DNA of 64,000 bases from Octopus vulgaris (lineage: Eukaryota). Position numbers and translations under genes: made by a program. How positions within the stretch are numbered: position 1 is the first letter of the stretch; each line of letters opens with the position of its first letter. The stretch is taken from positions 82,646,001-82,710,000 of the forward strand of contig OX597822.1 in the NCBI GenBank assembly GCA_951406725.2, written 5' to 3'. This document shows, one piece after another, positions 36,353-50,786 of the stretch. The notes beneath the pieces were generated by a model. That model made no database searches. It saw only the letters and a program-made list of their open reading frames with translations, and was not told the DNA's origin.

Positions 36353-36969
36353 GTAAAAAAATAAATAAATAACCGTGTTCGGATTGGGCTCGCTGCTTTT
36401 TTGACATCGTCCGAAATATTGCCCTCGCCCTTTCATACTTAACTATATTATTAAAAGGAGTCCCCAACTCTGCTCTTTTCGCTCACAACTAAGAACTGGT
36501 GGCCTCGACTATAGCAGTGACAGGCATCCTGACGAGATAATCATTTTCTCTGCACGAAGAGGGCATATTACCCATCTGGGTTGCCATGCATTTTGACACA
36601 ATCTCCAACCTTATTAGTTTTAGCATACACCTTGGGAGTTGTCACCTTCTACGCAGAAAATCATTAAGTGGGAGCTGTTGACGGACAGATTCGTTTTCGC
36701 GCCGGTCGCAATTGAGTGAGACTCACTATCCTGGGTCCCTCAGATTGTCGCTCTCTTCCTTCAAATTGGGATTAAAATGTCAGGCCTGGGGATAGTATCC
36801 CGCGAAGTAAAGTGGCTGATACAACAAATTCGCTGGCTGTTCTTCATACACCGCTATAACTATCCCCGTATCTGCGGGGCATACGCGAGACATAAATTAT
36901 TCACTAGAAAATGTTGCATTTTATTGTTTATTTCTATAAGTTTTTTAATTTGCATTTGACAAAAATATG

Positions 36970-37305
36970 TCGCTTACCGCCAATTCAGCCCAAATCAACA
37001 GATTTATGATCAAACACATTCTGTTATTGACTATCTCGTCTTTTCGGGCTACATTATTCAATATGCCCTTCTTTTTGACGGAAAAAAAATGATAGGGTGT
37101 GGTTCTTAGGCTATTTATTTGACTGCTATTTCTAACAGATCATGCAACCTCATAGATACTCCCTTTCGGAGAACTGGGGTTACTTCCCCCTCCCCCTAAC
37201 ATTTACAGTCATTTGTCAAATATCACAAATAGATAATCATATTATTATATGTCATTTCACATTATTTATGCTGAACACACAATTTTATATATACTTATGT
37301 ATGTA

Positions 37306-37363
<58 letters not shown>

Positions 37364-37855
37364 GTGTTGATAGGATAACAGTCACCGACTTTGTGTTGTT
37401 GCTTAAACTCCAGGTCACCACGATCGAGCCAACAGGCTTATATGATCAGAGGCGTTCCAGCTATGACTACCTCGGCGTTTTTATATTTCATACATAATGT
37501 AACTAGTATTATTACATTTTTTTTTTAAGATAGTAGGGTATGAGTTGAGGGATATTTGGCTGCTATTTCTAGCCGGTCGAGTGAGCACCATAGGTGCCTT
37601 CTCGTTTTGTTGTGTCTGTATCTAAGATAGCTCCCAGCGGTCCTTCCAGTTTTTTACTTAATTATCTAGGTTGTTGCGTTTTAACCCCAGGCCAACCTTG
37701 ATTGAGCAGATCAATCGTCAGCCATCCTCCTCCACTCCAGACAGTGACTCCAAAACGGCATTATTCATCGTGTCATATTTTAAACCTGCTGTGATTTGAA
37801 GGAGATTTGGCTACTATTTCTAACGGATCGAGTGACTACCTCGAGGCTCCGTTGT
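36970..37855 (+). repeat. Cluster of an old interspersed repeat (family E, unclassified)
   Basis: Three copies ending TTTG.CT.CTATTTCTA.C.G.TC..G.GA.C; same motif at ~15520, 21390, 27590, 28950, 31560, 33430, 34680, 35735, 44140, 53100, 56340. Confidence 0.65.
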
Positions 37856-38843
37856 TGATACAATAATACGTTGGGAGCACAGGCTGATGTACTTCGACAC
37901 TGTAGACAGTGGCAACACTATGTTAGTGACGAGTGTTTTACTGGCTTCTTAGTTCTAAGTTCAGTGTCTCTCGGATATACATACATACATACATATCGAT
38001 GGTGCTGAGTCCCTTTCTATATGTTCAACAGCCATAATGCCATAAATCTCCTATACTCAGATATTGAGTTGAAAGTGGTTTCGATTTGAGGTTTCGCCTC
38101 TAAATGTCTTTGGGAAATGAATGAACGTAACGACTGTCTCTTAGAAAACCAAGTTGTTATATCTAAGAATCATTATCATATTTGATGGTGACTAGTATGG
38201 ATCATATAATTAATCATTAACTTTTTTTTTAAACATATTTATTAAAAACAGTCGGACCCGGGGGGGTATTGCCACACAGGGCGCATAGACTAATGTTAGA
38301 AAATAATATTAAGAAATTAGAATCTTTTGGGTTAAAAAAAAAAAACGTGTTGCCTTTGGATTATGCCATAAATTATTGTTAAAATGCACTAGGAATGCTA
38401 TATTCCATAGACCAGGGGTACATCTGAGCAGTTTAGTGTCAAAAACAGCGGCGAATAGTTCTAATACTAGTTGGGGCAGAGAAGCAGAATTGATGTAACA
38501 TCTTTGGCAAAAGGCCTTGAAATAGCAGGGAAGATTTGCAAGTTAAAGTAAAAAAATTCTTTAGAAAGAAAGAATTGTAACATAATTTGGAATATTCAGT
38601 AGATATGGGTTAATAGGAAGAGTATTTCCAGAAACATCCATGGAAATGTGAGGGAAAGCTAATTTAAAAACAAGAAAAAAAGGTTTGTTTTTTTTTATTC
38701 AAATGTATGCCCCAAAAGAAACAAACGGAAGAGTCGAATACTGGAAAACAGCGTATTTTAAAAATAAATAGTACCGTATTGATCAAACGAACATATATAT
38801 AACACTTATTATGTTCAATGAAAGAAATATATGAATAATGTTT

Positions 38844-39990
38844 GCTCACCATAAACGCAAAATTGGAATATATAAATATGTATGTTGATATTGAAAAAAA
38901 TAAACGGTTTTTAAGAATTAGAATTTTCTCCGTTCATTGCCCGAATTAGACGAAGAATTTGAAACCGTAGCGAATTTTTTTTTTTTTTGCTTTTTGGTCA
39001 CAAAAAGTGGAAGTAATGCGATGTGAACTGCTGCTGTTGCTGATCGTAAAGTGAATACGAGGAATTCTCTTCTACAACAGTAAATAGGAAGGAAGATAGA
39101 TTGATAGATACAGAAACAGATACAGGGGGGGGGAATGGATGAAGAAAAGACGGAAATAGATTAAGAAAGAACCAGTTAGAAATAATGAACAGATGCTTTA
39201 TATAATAGCAGACAGGGGGAATCTATAGACAGTGAGCGTGTGTAAAACAGGGGGGGGGGGAGAATTTGGCTGTAGTCTTTGAATATATATTTATTTCCTT
39301 CTAGCAAATTTCCCCACCCTCTGTGTATCTATAAAATCATTCCTCTATGGTAGTTTCTCGTTAACCCTGCAACTACTATTTCTTTATAAGTGTGTAATCG
39401 AAACGTACTCATATCTAAGTCACCACTAAATTATACACGGACATTCAATCTAATATACATACTGTATGTGTATGTATCTGTATATAAACACAGAAATATA
39501 TCATAAATATAGAATTTACTGGAAATAGTGTGCCGTGCATACAATATAAATAGATACAAATATTTTGTAAGAGATTCATAAAACTAAAAAAACTTTAGCT
39601 ATCCACACTTTAATTATATAAATAGATATATACACATGCACGTGTGTATATTGCCAATATTTATATTATTATTATTATCATTATCATCATTATTATTATT
39701 ATATAGTTGTTATTAATATTGGTTACATATATATATTGGTCTTTATTGTTTGATTCTGCTAACATATCGTCTGCTAACTCACTCACACTCTCACTCACTC
39801 AAAGGGTTACATACACTCATCCTCTCTCTCATTCTCATAAGGGTTACATACACTCATCCTCTCTCTCTCTCTCTCTCTCTCTCTTCTTTGTCTTCCTCTC
39901 TCTTTCCTTCTCCTCAACTACCTTCTTCTGACATGGCGCTATCTCGTCGTCATCAACACTCAAACAGCCGCGCTCCCGTCACACTTACAC
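38844..39990. promoter_or_regulatory. Candidate bidirectional promoter / 5'UTR region
   Basis: TE-poor, CpG-retaining stretch; ETS-like GGAAGT 39009-39014; YY1-like ACATGGCG 39931-39938; flanked by outward-facing donor sites (minus ATG|GTGAGC at 38852-38844, plus AA|GTAAGT at 40508). Confidence 0.4.
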
Positions 39991-40464
39991 CCTAAAAGAG
40001 AGAGAGAAAAATAACAAACAAACACAGCAATAATTGTAATACCTCCAATTCTTTGTACACCAAGGAGCAACTTTCAAACAAATATTATTTCCGAAATTTA
40101 TTAATTCCGTATAATTTCTCCGACTTTATCTTCTCTCTGGGGAAGAGAACGATTCCTCCTCTCTCTCTACCCTCTCACTCACACTCCTTTCCAATATTTA
40201 CATATTCATATACATATATATATATATATGTGTGTGTGTATATATTATTTATACAGTCACACATGTAAGGCAACATTATCGTCTACCCCTTTCATTCAAA
40301 CACACACACATTCACACACACATATATATATATATACATCCATATATATATATATATATATAGTTGTATATATTAATTTGACTTCTTCCGTTTGGGGTTG
40401 AAATTGTTAAAATTGCAACACGGTGTCGATACCTGGTTTAGTTGACGTTTTTAAATACTTCAAG

Positions 40465-40507
40465 ATGAGTCGGAAACGGAAGAGTAGTAGCCTGAAATTA
40501 CGAATAA
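40465..40507 (+). CDS. Candidate first coding exon of an unidentified gene (MSRKRKSSSLKLRI, phase-1 intron)
   Basis: TTCAAGATG start context, in-frame TAA upstream at 40408, consensus donor GTAAGT at 40508-40513; no downstream exon recognised in the window. Confidence 0.5.
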
Positions 40508-40862
40508 GTAAGTAAAACAAGAAATATATTAATTAATCATATATGTATTTATTTATTTACTCCTTTGTTAATAATACACCACATCTTTTGTGTGTGTGTG
40601 TGTGTGTATTTGTCTGCTGTGTATAATGTCTATATAATATGTGCACAAGTATTGTCTGTGTGTATAATGTTTGCTTCCGTGTGTATATGTAAGTTTTGTG
40701 TATAAACATACTCATACATATGTATATATATATATATAAATCCATAATTGAATGTATGTATGTTTTACTGGGTCTGTACGTGTGTATAATGTGTGTATAA
40801 TACAGATATACAAAAATACTTCCGTAGGCGAATGTGTGCATATGGTAGTAGTGTGTATATGA

Positions 40863-40894
<32 letters not shown>

Positions 40895-41506
40895 GTGTGG
40901 ATATTGTACGCTCATATGACCTTGTATGTTTATAGTATACATCTGTAGGTATGTGGATGTTTGTGTGTATGAAATATCAGTGCACTGTGCATATATATAC
41001 CCGTTATTGAAATTACATATAATGTGTTATATAGACATATGTATGTATATGATAAACGGTGTATACTGATACACATTCAAAATAGTTCTGTCATTAAGCC
41101 AAATGGTATATATATAAAACGCATGTGTTAGTGTTTACGCATGTGACCGTGTGTGTGTGTGTATACTTAGGAATATATATACGCACACAAATTTCTGAGG
41201 TATATATTTAGCGCTGGTATACTGATAATGTGTGTATAATATATAACTTGTGTTACAAACGTATGTATATATTGGGCCTGAGTAATCAAATTTTTATGTA
41301 TAGCTCTCGACCTGAATGAACTATGGGTGTATATATATATATATATATGTGTGTGTGTTATATAGTATTTAATATTTTAGATTTCCCTGGCAATATGTAA
41401 GCATGAACAAGAAGGTGAAGTGATGTAGTGAGAGTAATTTTGAATATTAATGAACTGTATTTTGTGGGGCATATACTGTAGTTGGGAAATTGTATAAAAT
41501 AAAAAC

Positions 41507-41537
<31 letters not shown>

Positions 41538-41599
41538 GGATTGTTGGATGTATATTATATATGCATATATAATACATGTATGTATGTGTATTGACTGTA

Positions 41600-42435
41600 T
41601 ATCTTTTATATGTGTGTGTGTGCATACATATATGTGTGTGTGTGTGCATACATATATGTGTGTGTGTGTGTGTGCATACATATATGTGTGTGTGTGTGTG
41701 TGCATACATGTATGTATATGTGTCCATACATGTATCTATGTGTCCATACGTGCATGTATATGTGTGTGTCCATACGTGCATGTATATGTGTGTGTCCATA
41801 CGTGCATGTATATGTGTGTGTCCATACGTGCATGTATATGTGTGTGTCCATACATGCATGTATATGTGTGTGTCCATACATGCATGTATATGTGTGTGTA
41901 TGTCCATACATGCATGTATATGTGTGTGTCCATACATGTATGTATGTGTGTGTGTCCATACATGTATGTATGTGTGTGTGTCCATGTATGTATGTGTGTG
42001 TGTGTCCATACATGTATGTATGTGTGTCCGTGTCCATACATGTATGTATGTGTGTGTGTGTCCATACATGTATGTATGTGTGTGTGTGTCCATACATGTA
42101 TGTGTGTGTGTGTCCATACATGTATGTATGTGTGTGTGTGTCCATACATGTATGTATGTGTGTCCGTCCATACATGTATGTATATGTATCCATACGTGTA
42201 TGTATATGTATGTATCCATACATGTATATGTGTATGCATACATGTGTGCATATGTATAAATGTTTGTATAGATGTGTGTGTGTATATGCATACATGTATG
42301 TTTGTATAGATGTGTGTATATGCATACGTGTATGTATAGATGTGTGTGTGTGTGTATATGCATACATATATGTTTGTATAGATATCTGTATGCATATATG
42401 TATGTTTGCATTTGTGTGTATAGATGTATATACAA
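41600..42435. repeat. Minisatellite (GTCCATACRTG(C)ATGTA(TG)n) within a TG/TA array
   Basis: Directly visible; source of the long H/T/Y/M/C-rich pseudo-ORFs. Confidence 0.92.
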
Positions 42436-43186
42436 ATATATGGAGAGTGTGTGTAATGAGATAATACATGGGCGGTGTATGTTTTATAATTGAGTCCTGG
42501 TTAAATGTAAAGCATATTTGAACCTAAATTTTAAATCTGAACCTAAGCTGTAAACATAAACCCAGAGAAGACTAACTTGTATATTGTAAGGATATATTAT
42601 CTGTATGTAACAATTATTTTAAAGACCTGTGTTTTTTGTTAACCAGCATCAATTATGAATGTTTAAACTTTTACATGTGTTAATATCTACTTAATGTCTT
42701 TAATTTACTATCACATATGTTGGCTGCACTAAATCAAGTTATTTCCAAAATATATACTTCCAAATGCTGCTATTTTTTTAAATCCTTTTTTCCCTCCCAC
42801 TTCTTCCACAATAACCATTATCACAATAGTGTTATCACTAATATCCTTCACAAATCCTTCAATCTGCTAAGCCATTACTCAAATTCCCTCCTGCTCAAGT
42901 TGTAAAATCCTGATACTGAGGTCAAGATGGAACTTTCAGGAAGCTAAACTGAGTGATAGTCTATTTAGAATCCCAAGATTTTAGGGTGTGGCACCCAATT
43001 TGGTGTTTACTCACTCCAGACATTTCAACAGATCATACACTATTATATTCAACTTACTGCTTTCACCTGTCATGAGCCTAGACATCCACTATGTGGTTGT
43101 TTGACCAGCTCGTAATGACAGCTAAATTTCCTCAAAACCACACCCTACTGTATTAGTTATATAATACCAGATATATTGTCTGAAAA

Positions 43187-43279
43187 GGATTGAATTGACA
43201 TTGACAATCCTATTGTCATAGAAAATAGGATTGGATTGACATTGACAATCCTATTGTCGTGGAAAATAGGATTGGATTG
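43187..43279. repeat. 41-bp tandem duplication (~2.3 copies)
   Basis: GGATTGRATTGACATTGACAATCCTATTGTCRTRGAAAATA repeated. Confidence 0.85.
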
Positions 43280-45799
43280 TCTGCTCTGTCAGTATCAGAT
43301 CATATCTGAGAATATTAGAGACAAACCAAAGGTAGTGAGCTGGCAGAGTGGTTAGCACATCAGACAAAATGATTAGTGACATTTCTTCCAGCTTTTTATA
43401 TTCCAAGTTCAAATGCTGCCAAGGATAACTTTGACTCTCCACCTCCCCCAAACTTTATGGCCTTCTGCCTACCCTTAAAAATGCTTTAGAGTTTAGGCAT
43501 TTGAATTGTAGGACACTTAGTTTGGTTCTGAATTGGCTTTCGATCATCCTGAACTGTAACTTTCTGCTTAAGTTTTATCCTGCAACTTTTTAACAGTTAA
43601 GTACCTATCAGGTCAGATGATTCCAGAAAACCCCTAAGAATCCCCCTACTTTCTTATACAAACATCTAAAATATAAAAATTGTCATGTCTATGTTTTTCT
43701 TTCCTTTCTAATCGATTAAAAAGGGATATAAATAGTCAACGACTTGTTTATATTGTAATATATTATAGTGTAATGGGTCACTGGTTAATGCTTGTTTTTC
43801 TTTTCGCATGGCTTTGCTGAATCACGCGTTTCATGTCAGTTATTCAACACATACAAAAAAGTACCAAACCCATATCTTAGTAACTCGGGAAATTCTCTAA
43901 TTACAAACATGTTTGTGTGTGTATAGAAGGAGTTAAAAAATATTTAACTGGTTGACAAGACTCCACATTACGCGAAGCGACTACATCAGATGTACGTGGT
44001 CAATATTTATCGCTTGCAATGGTCTCTTAGGGTTGTTGTTTATCATAGGAAAACCAGGCCTAATCAACCAGATATATAATCAAAGTTGTGTTTCTTTTAT
44101 TATAAGCTTTATTACCGAATGGTAATGTGATGTAATTTGGCTACTACTTCCAATAGGCTGGCTGACCACATATAGTCTTCCTTGTCAGCAATAGAAATGT
44201 TTCGGACTGAACGTTATTTAACGTGGAAATTTAAATAGTTTTTCAGGCAGTAGAATACGCAGTGTCACACCCAGTTCCACTAATAGACATAAATTACCAA
44301 TTTACCAGCAACTTAGGACCAATTTAATACCACTAATTTCCATTGCAATAACATCTCACCACCCCTACAAAAAGTCTTGAATGGAGAGCAGGATTTTACA
44401 TGCTTTCTATGCTCAACTGAATGCCACATAGCTAAAATACCTTATAAAAATATGCTGTACCTCTATTAAGAATCTCCATGAGGTCCTTGTCCAGACGGGT
44501 GTGGGGGTTGACGTACATGATGTACTGAGTGCTTTGCCACTGACAACGTAAGTTATGCTCAAGATGAACATCATCATCAGTCTCACCCGTTCGTGAAGTC
44601 CAACAAATGCCATGGACTTGTCCATTCTCCTCTGACTATATTAAAAACAAAATTTCAAATTACAAATTTGATATCGAGCCAACTGGATAGCCCCTACACC
44701 TACAATATACTGTCCTTGGGTTTAAAAAAGGGGAAGAAAGAAAATCGACGGTGGATAGCCGTAGATAAAAATGCCTTTCTGGTCATTCTCTTTCATCAAG
44801 GTTGACCCGGGGCTAAAATAGCCAGATTCATGTCAATAGTACTAACTATATATCGTCTATCTTTACCGTCCTAAGTTCAAATTCCGCCGAGGTCGACTTT
44901 GCCTTTCATCCTTTTGGGGTCGATAAATTAAGTACCAGTTGCGTACTGGGGTCGATCTAATCGACTGGCCCCCTCCCCAAAATTCCGGGCCTTGTGTCTA
45001 GAGCAGAAAAGAATAGTACTAACTATATCAAAGCCCAGTCTCATACACGCTCTTGTCTGTTCTGTCCATTCAGAAGTAATTCACTTGTTAAAATAATCAT
45101 GTAACCATCTCTTCGTATTCTTATTGATGTGAAATAATCAGAAGTACTGTACTATTAGCTCACGCTTCACCAGTTCATATTTGCATCAAGTGGTCGCTGT
45201 CTAAAGACTGGACGCTTGATTCCACCTACAACAGTGAAGTTGGTTGTAGGGAATAAGAAATTCGATTGTTTAATGTTAAACACCAACCCTAAAGCTCCTG
45301 TGGTTTGTATGGGCATTTATCATTTATTTTTCGTGCTTTTGTGCCCCCGCACCACCACCACCACCACTTTTCTCTATTTCATACTGGAAATTTCTTTCTT
45401 TAAGCCAATTTCTCTTGTTCCTTAATACCACTAATTAATAGTTACTTTATTTCCTGAAACAAGATATTATTCTCTTTAGAAGAGAAAACCATTCATCTTT
45501 AAAATAAATTTGAAACTACAATATTTCAAGCGAAATTATGCATCATGTTGTATCTGTCGTGAGATGGAGATATACTTTAAAAATCTCTCATGGCCATGCA
45601 GTATTAGAGTCCTTATATGGTGTTGACGTTGACTGTTGTGGTTTGTAAGTCTGGTCTTTATGTTATAATGAAAAACAGTTTTACCGAAAACCAAGTAGTT
45701 TTATTTAGCCAAAATGTTCGGTTTCAGTATTCGAAACTCGGTCTGTTTTTATTGCAAGTGGCTGGCTGCTACCCTTCGACTAAAGTATTTTCTTAAAGC

Positions 45800-46350
45800 A
45801 CCTGGACCAGATGAGGTAGTAATGAATTTACAAATTTAATCCAGCTTGTGCTTTCCAGATCCTTGTTGAGTGACGAGGAAATTGAAGTGGCTAAGCTGTC
45901 ATTTCCTCTTAAATAAACAGATCGATACTTAAATGCTTATCGAACCCGAATTCTCAGCATGTCACTGTGGAATTAAGCCTTTCATCGACAGAGGTTTCAG
46001 ATCTTGATTGGGTTGGATACTTCAGAAAGTCGACGTCGTGGGAATCACCAATGGAAGTCTTCAGGTGGAACCAGATTTTGAATGATTTCGTGCGGCGGAG
46101 GTCAGACTGAGGTGAAGTTGTTTTTTTCAATAGAGATAGCGCTATGTAGCGACCTTGGTGTATATTTACTGTTAGGATTAAATAAAACACGCCATGTTTA
46201 GACAACCATCCAGATAAAACTGTCCCGTTGATGATTGATGTTGAACGCTAAGTGGTCTTTCATGAGGTGTCAGGTTAGTTATGCAAAGGAGGGGCCTAGT
46301 CCCCTGGTGCGATTCCCTTAAATCGGCATTCCACTGTTTTTCTGTCAATT
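45800..46350 (-). pseudogene. Highly decayed non-LTR reverse transcriptase fragment (possibly R4/Dong-like)
   Basis: Minus-strand remnants in RT order: GI..QGD..PLL, FYLDG (cf. FYMDD), FKY. Confidence 0.4.
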
Positions 46351-49300
46351 TCCACGAAGGTTAAGTGTTATTGCTTTCTATTATTTAGGCGAGTGTAAAA
46401 TATAAAGTTGTTTTAGTTTTTTTTTTAAAAAGGTACAAACATCACGGTGTGAGCGAGTTAAAGCTGGAGCACCATGTATATGATAATATTTTGAAAAACA
46501 ACGAATTGCTAGGGCAGTTGTCTTGCTTGAGCACGCAAACATAAAAGGAGATTTTTCTTGAGTAATATAATCACAACCAAGTTGAGGTTAGAGTTAACTG
46601 ATTTCAGAGGACCTTTTCAAGTTGACTCTGAGACGCTCGAATGATTTTATGGGCTTGAGGAAGACGACAGTCTGGTGGCTTAACTTCCAAAGAAAATTAC
46701 AAGTTCTTAGACCTAGCTGTGCTGGTTCCGGGTGATATGGAAAAGCATTTCGTAAGAGCATCTGCAGGTGTTGTTTTTACTCGGTGTTTGTCAAATACCA
46801 TAAATATAAAAGAGTATTGTATGCGTCAACGAAAAATTTAACTTTTTTTGTTGTTTTTTCTCTACTTTTGTAACTAAATATGAATGAGATTGCTTCTTGT
46901 CTCGAAGTGAAAATGAGAAAAAGATCATTTCTTAATCCTTCCTATAATGAAGATACGTTCCTTTTCGATTAATGAGCTTTTGAAGAAAATGACCGGATTA
47001 TTCCATTATGAAGGGGCACTGAAAAGTGTAGTTCCAAATACATCATTTTCAACGTATAATGAAACTTGATAGAAAGTAGATTAGAGAGAGGCAATTGTTG
47101 AAGATTTAAAGCGATAAATAACATCTATGTGTCTTTTTATAATGGAAAATTAGGATTTAATAGTGATTGAAATAGTTGCGAGAAAGGAGACGTTCATTTA
47201 GAGTTGTCGCTGTAGATGTTTAGTATTGCTGGCATCGAGTCATCAACGTGAGATTTGCAATTGTTCTAAATGGTTGTAGAGTATCATTTTTATTTTACAT
47301 CTCATGTGACAAATGTATATTTGTAAGAAAAGACATTAGTCATGACTCAATGTCAGTCTCTCAGTAAGTGAAATAAATTGTACCCAATGGTGTTCCTCAG
47401 TAGTTTTGCCAACGATTTATAAACGAAAATAAGCATCCATCAGCTTAAAATTTAGTGCATCTCTAATTGTCATTGTAGAGTGCATTCTGAAGGTGTTCTA
47501 TTTTCACATCAAATTTGCTGTAGAATTAATTTCAGGAAATAGAAGGCACGAGATCTCCGATATTAGGAAGTAGGTGAGCAACCAAAAATTGTAGCCCTTT
47601 ATCATTTGTGAACAGTCCATAAAGTTTAGTATTGCCTGTTTTACTACGATTTATGCTTACTGCTTTAGATACTGGGGTCGCTCGATAATATTATCTTTAA
47701 GTCACTTGGTCTCTTGCGTAAAAAAAATATTTCATCAAATGAAGAAAATAGCTAAATTTAGTAGCTAGTTTGAAATTATTGGGTGTCTGGGTAAAAATAT
47801 GGGGAAGTGAGGTCACCAACATAGAAAACATCGAGCAACAATAAGATTTTATAGGGTAGGGTGGGGTGCTCTGAGTTTAAATATAACAGCCTTGTCGTTG
47901 AACAAAGCTATGCCCCAGAAATATAGAGGAACACACACTAGATAAAATATAAACGCGTCTTTTCATACAAAACACATACACAAGAGAGAAAGAGAGAGTT
48001 CTTTGAGATACTGAAACTTGAAACTGTTTGCTTAGGCTGAGTTCCTAGGCCAGTTCAAAGTCATTCGATATGGTGAAAAAAAAATTCTTGCAAATATCTT
48101 CATCTATGAAACTGGTAATGCTACCCTAATTGAATAAAACATCAATATGTAGGTTAGCAGTATGTACACTGACTATTTCCACGATGTGCACTTGTTACGA
48201 GGATTGCAGGCATTTCGTTGCAGCTCTTTTTTTTTAACTGACTTCCTTGTGAAAATATCCAAACTTTTTCCAATTGTTGCAAGTTTCGTTCTTTGTTGGA
48301 TGAATAGAGAGTTTATGATATGGACAAATATAAATAGCCACTATTGAATTGTGTGTTTACCAAACTTTGACGTTTTTGTATTGAAATTTTCAAAAAAAAA
48401 AAAAAAACACGTCTAAAACAGATGTAAAATTGTATAAAAGCACAATTATATTTTGAATTACTTCTAAATTTATGAGGTTTTTTTCCTCTCTACCAAATTA
48501 ACGTATTTGGTTTGGTAAACATTAGTAAACTATTCTGATGTCAATGACATTAAATATATACTACTATGATTTATGAAACCATTCGCAAGTAGTCAAAATA
48601 ACTCGGTTAAGAGAGCTAAAAGATCCCTGGTGAACTCCCGTGATTCGGCATGTTGAGAAATAAGGTCCTTTTTTTTTCATTCTTGAAATTATCACCAATC
48701 GCGGCGATGTTTAACTTCGCCGAAATTTCTAGTGTTCGATTTATATTTAGCGAGAATATAGAAAGGGTGATTTCGGTCACATTTGTACATGTCCATGCAC
48801 ACGCATTACTACAATAAGATTGGCGGGGGGACCCTCTTGCGAATTGCTTTGCACAAAAGAAGTATTTCCATCATAATGTGCGCGCACACATTCGTAATCA
48901 ACTTTGTACTTCTGTTAGCTTGAACCACCTCAGATAAAATTGTTTCAATAAGTAATCAAAACTGGATTAGAGAGTCAGCTTGTTGACATCTCATCTCTTT
49001 TCAACGCTAATTGTCACTCGAATTATAAACAAATTGGCCCGGGATTTTTTTTAACTATCATATTCGATGTTTTGCGCCTAATGTGAATGGAGGCGATTGA
49101 TTCTTAATTGATACTTATTTTAATATGCACACCCAGAAAGATGAAGGACAAACTTGATTTTGTCAGGTTTTGAATTTAGAACGTAAAGGGACGTGATTAA
49201 ATATTTCAAGGTGTTTTGTCTGTTGCTTTTAACGTTATTATCATCACACCTCGACGTTTTTTCTATAAATGAATTGTCATTTGGTGAGTGTTGTGGTGCT

Positions 49301-50330
49301 TGCGTGATTCAGTTTCGATTTCTGACAGTACTTCATTTCCATCGCAAATCGCTTGAAAAACTGCGCGTCCTTGCAGTTTCACATTTACCATTTCATCAAT
49401 CCAAAATCAATATCTTGCTGATGTAAAAATAAAAAATTCGTTTATTATGAAATGTTATGTTTTCACATCATATTTTAAGAACGTCTTTCTCTCTACCAAA
49501 AGGAATATAAGATTTACTCTAATTTAACGAGAGTTTGGACGCAGAAAGGTGGTATTGAAATCAACTTTATTGTAGTTTTTCTGCAACTGCGGTCCCGGAA
49601 TTGAGTTCAAGGGGTTTGAAATTTGCACGTGAAAAGTACACGAAGTTAGGATTACTAAAGTTTACCTGTCACTATATTGTACTCTTTCGTGGTGTCTAGG
49701 TCAAATTTTTACTAGTCGTGGTGTTGATTAAATCTGAGTCAATAGCTTTGTCACAGTTATTAATATATAAATCTGGTACATGAAATACATCAGCCATGCA
49801 CCTGTTTGTCAAGTTAGAGAGAGAGGCTATATTTAATAGACGTTAACTCTGAGCTCCAGTAGTGAAATACCAGAGCTGTACGGAGTGAAAGCGCGTGGCT
49901 TACGATCGTGAGGTTGTGAGTTCGAATCCCGGACTGGAATGTGTGTTGTGATCTTGCTCCAGTTCACTCAGCTGTAGAAATGAGTTGCGACGTCACTGGT
50001 GCCAGGCTGTATCGGCCTTTGACTTTTCCTTGGATAATATCGGTGGCGTGGAGAGGGGAGGCTGGTATGCATGGGTGACTGCTGGTCTTCCATAAACAAC
50101 TTTGCCCGGACTTGTGCCTGGGAGGGTAACTTTCTAGGTGCAACCCCATGGTCATTCGTGACCGAAGGGGGTCTCCGCATGGAGTTTAAATCTGTTTCAA
50201 TCATTTACTTTTAATCTATATTCTTTTACCTGCTTTAATTCATCTAACCATTGGGAATATCTATAAGATCTCAGAAGCGCAAGAACTTCTTGATAAATCC
50301 AATAAATGTTTCATCTGCAGGTTCTCCAAA

Positions 50331-50418
50331 CAGCTTCTATTTGATATTTTTGAACACCTCCTGCAGTTGGTTATCAGCTTCTATTTGATATTTTTGAACA
50401 CCTCCTGCAGTTGGTTAT
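50331..50418. repeat. Perfect 44-bp tandem duplication
   Basis: CAGCTTCTATTTGATATTTTTGAACACCTCCTGCAGTTGGTTAT x2. Confidence 0.95.
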
Positions 50419-50588
50419 TCCTATAACCCTATCGGGTCGCTGGAACGTTACCAAAGAAAGATCTTATCGTCTTGTATAGAATCTAAGAAATGATTTCCTA
50501 TTGTCTTAAGACTTGCAAAATATCTTGATCTCAGTCATTCAAGCTAACGAAACACTTATGAAGTTCATTGTGCTAACACTATCTATAC

Positions 50589-50786
50589 CGGCGGCTTTTA
50601 TCCACGGCTCCCAGGGCCGCATGCGGCTCTCAATTATCCTTCTGGTGGCCCTCGACGGTCTAACCTTTATAAATATAATATTTTTTTCTTTAGCTGACTT
50701 GTGTTTTATTTTTTTGGTACGGCCCCCAAAAAACAAAAGTCCAGATTTTTAACTGGCCCGGATATTAAAACGGTTGAGAACCACTG
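50589..50786. mobile_element. hAT (Charlie-like) MITE
   Basis: Right TIR GGTTGAGAACCACTG; internal GGGCCGCATGCGGC; same family as 25703-25890. Confidence 0.65.

Noticed and set aside
36864-36907. Helitron 3' end (GC hairpin plus CTAG)
   Set aside because: Spacing is long, CTAG is followed by A rather than T, and no 5' end was found.
41358-42493. ORFs of 200-350 aa rich in H/T/Y/M/C/V (also 15926-16423 and 17681-18329)
   Set aside because: Translations of TG/TA micro- and minisatellites.
47320-47410. CR1/L2-type RT remnant (VPNGVPQ)
   Set aside because: Single short motif followed by a stop; insufficient without a profile search.
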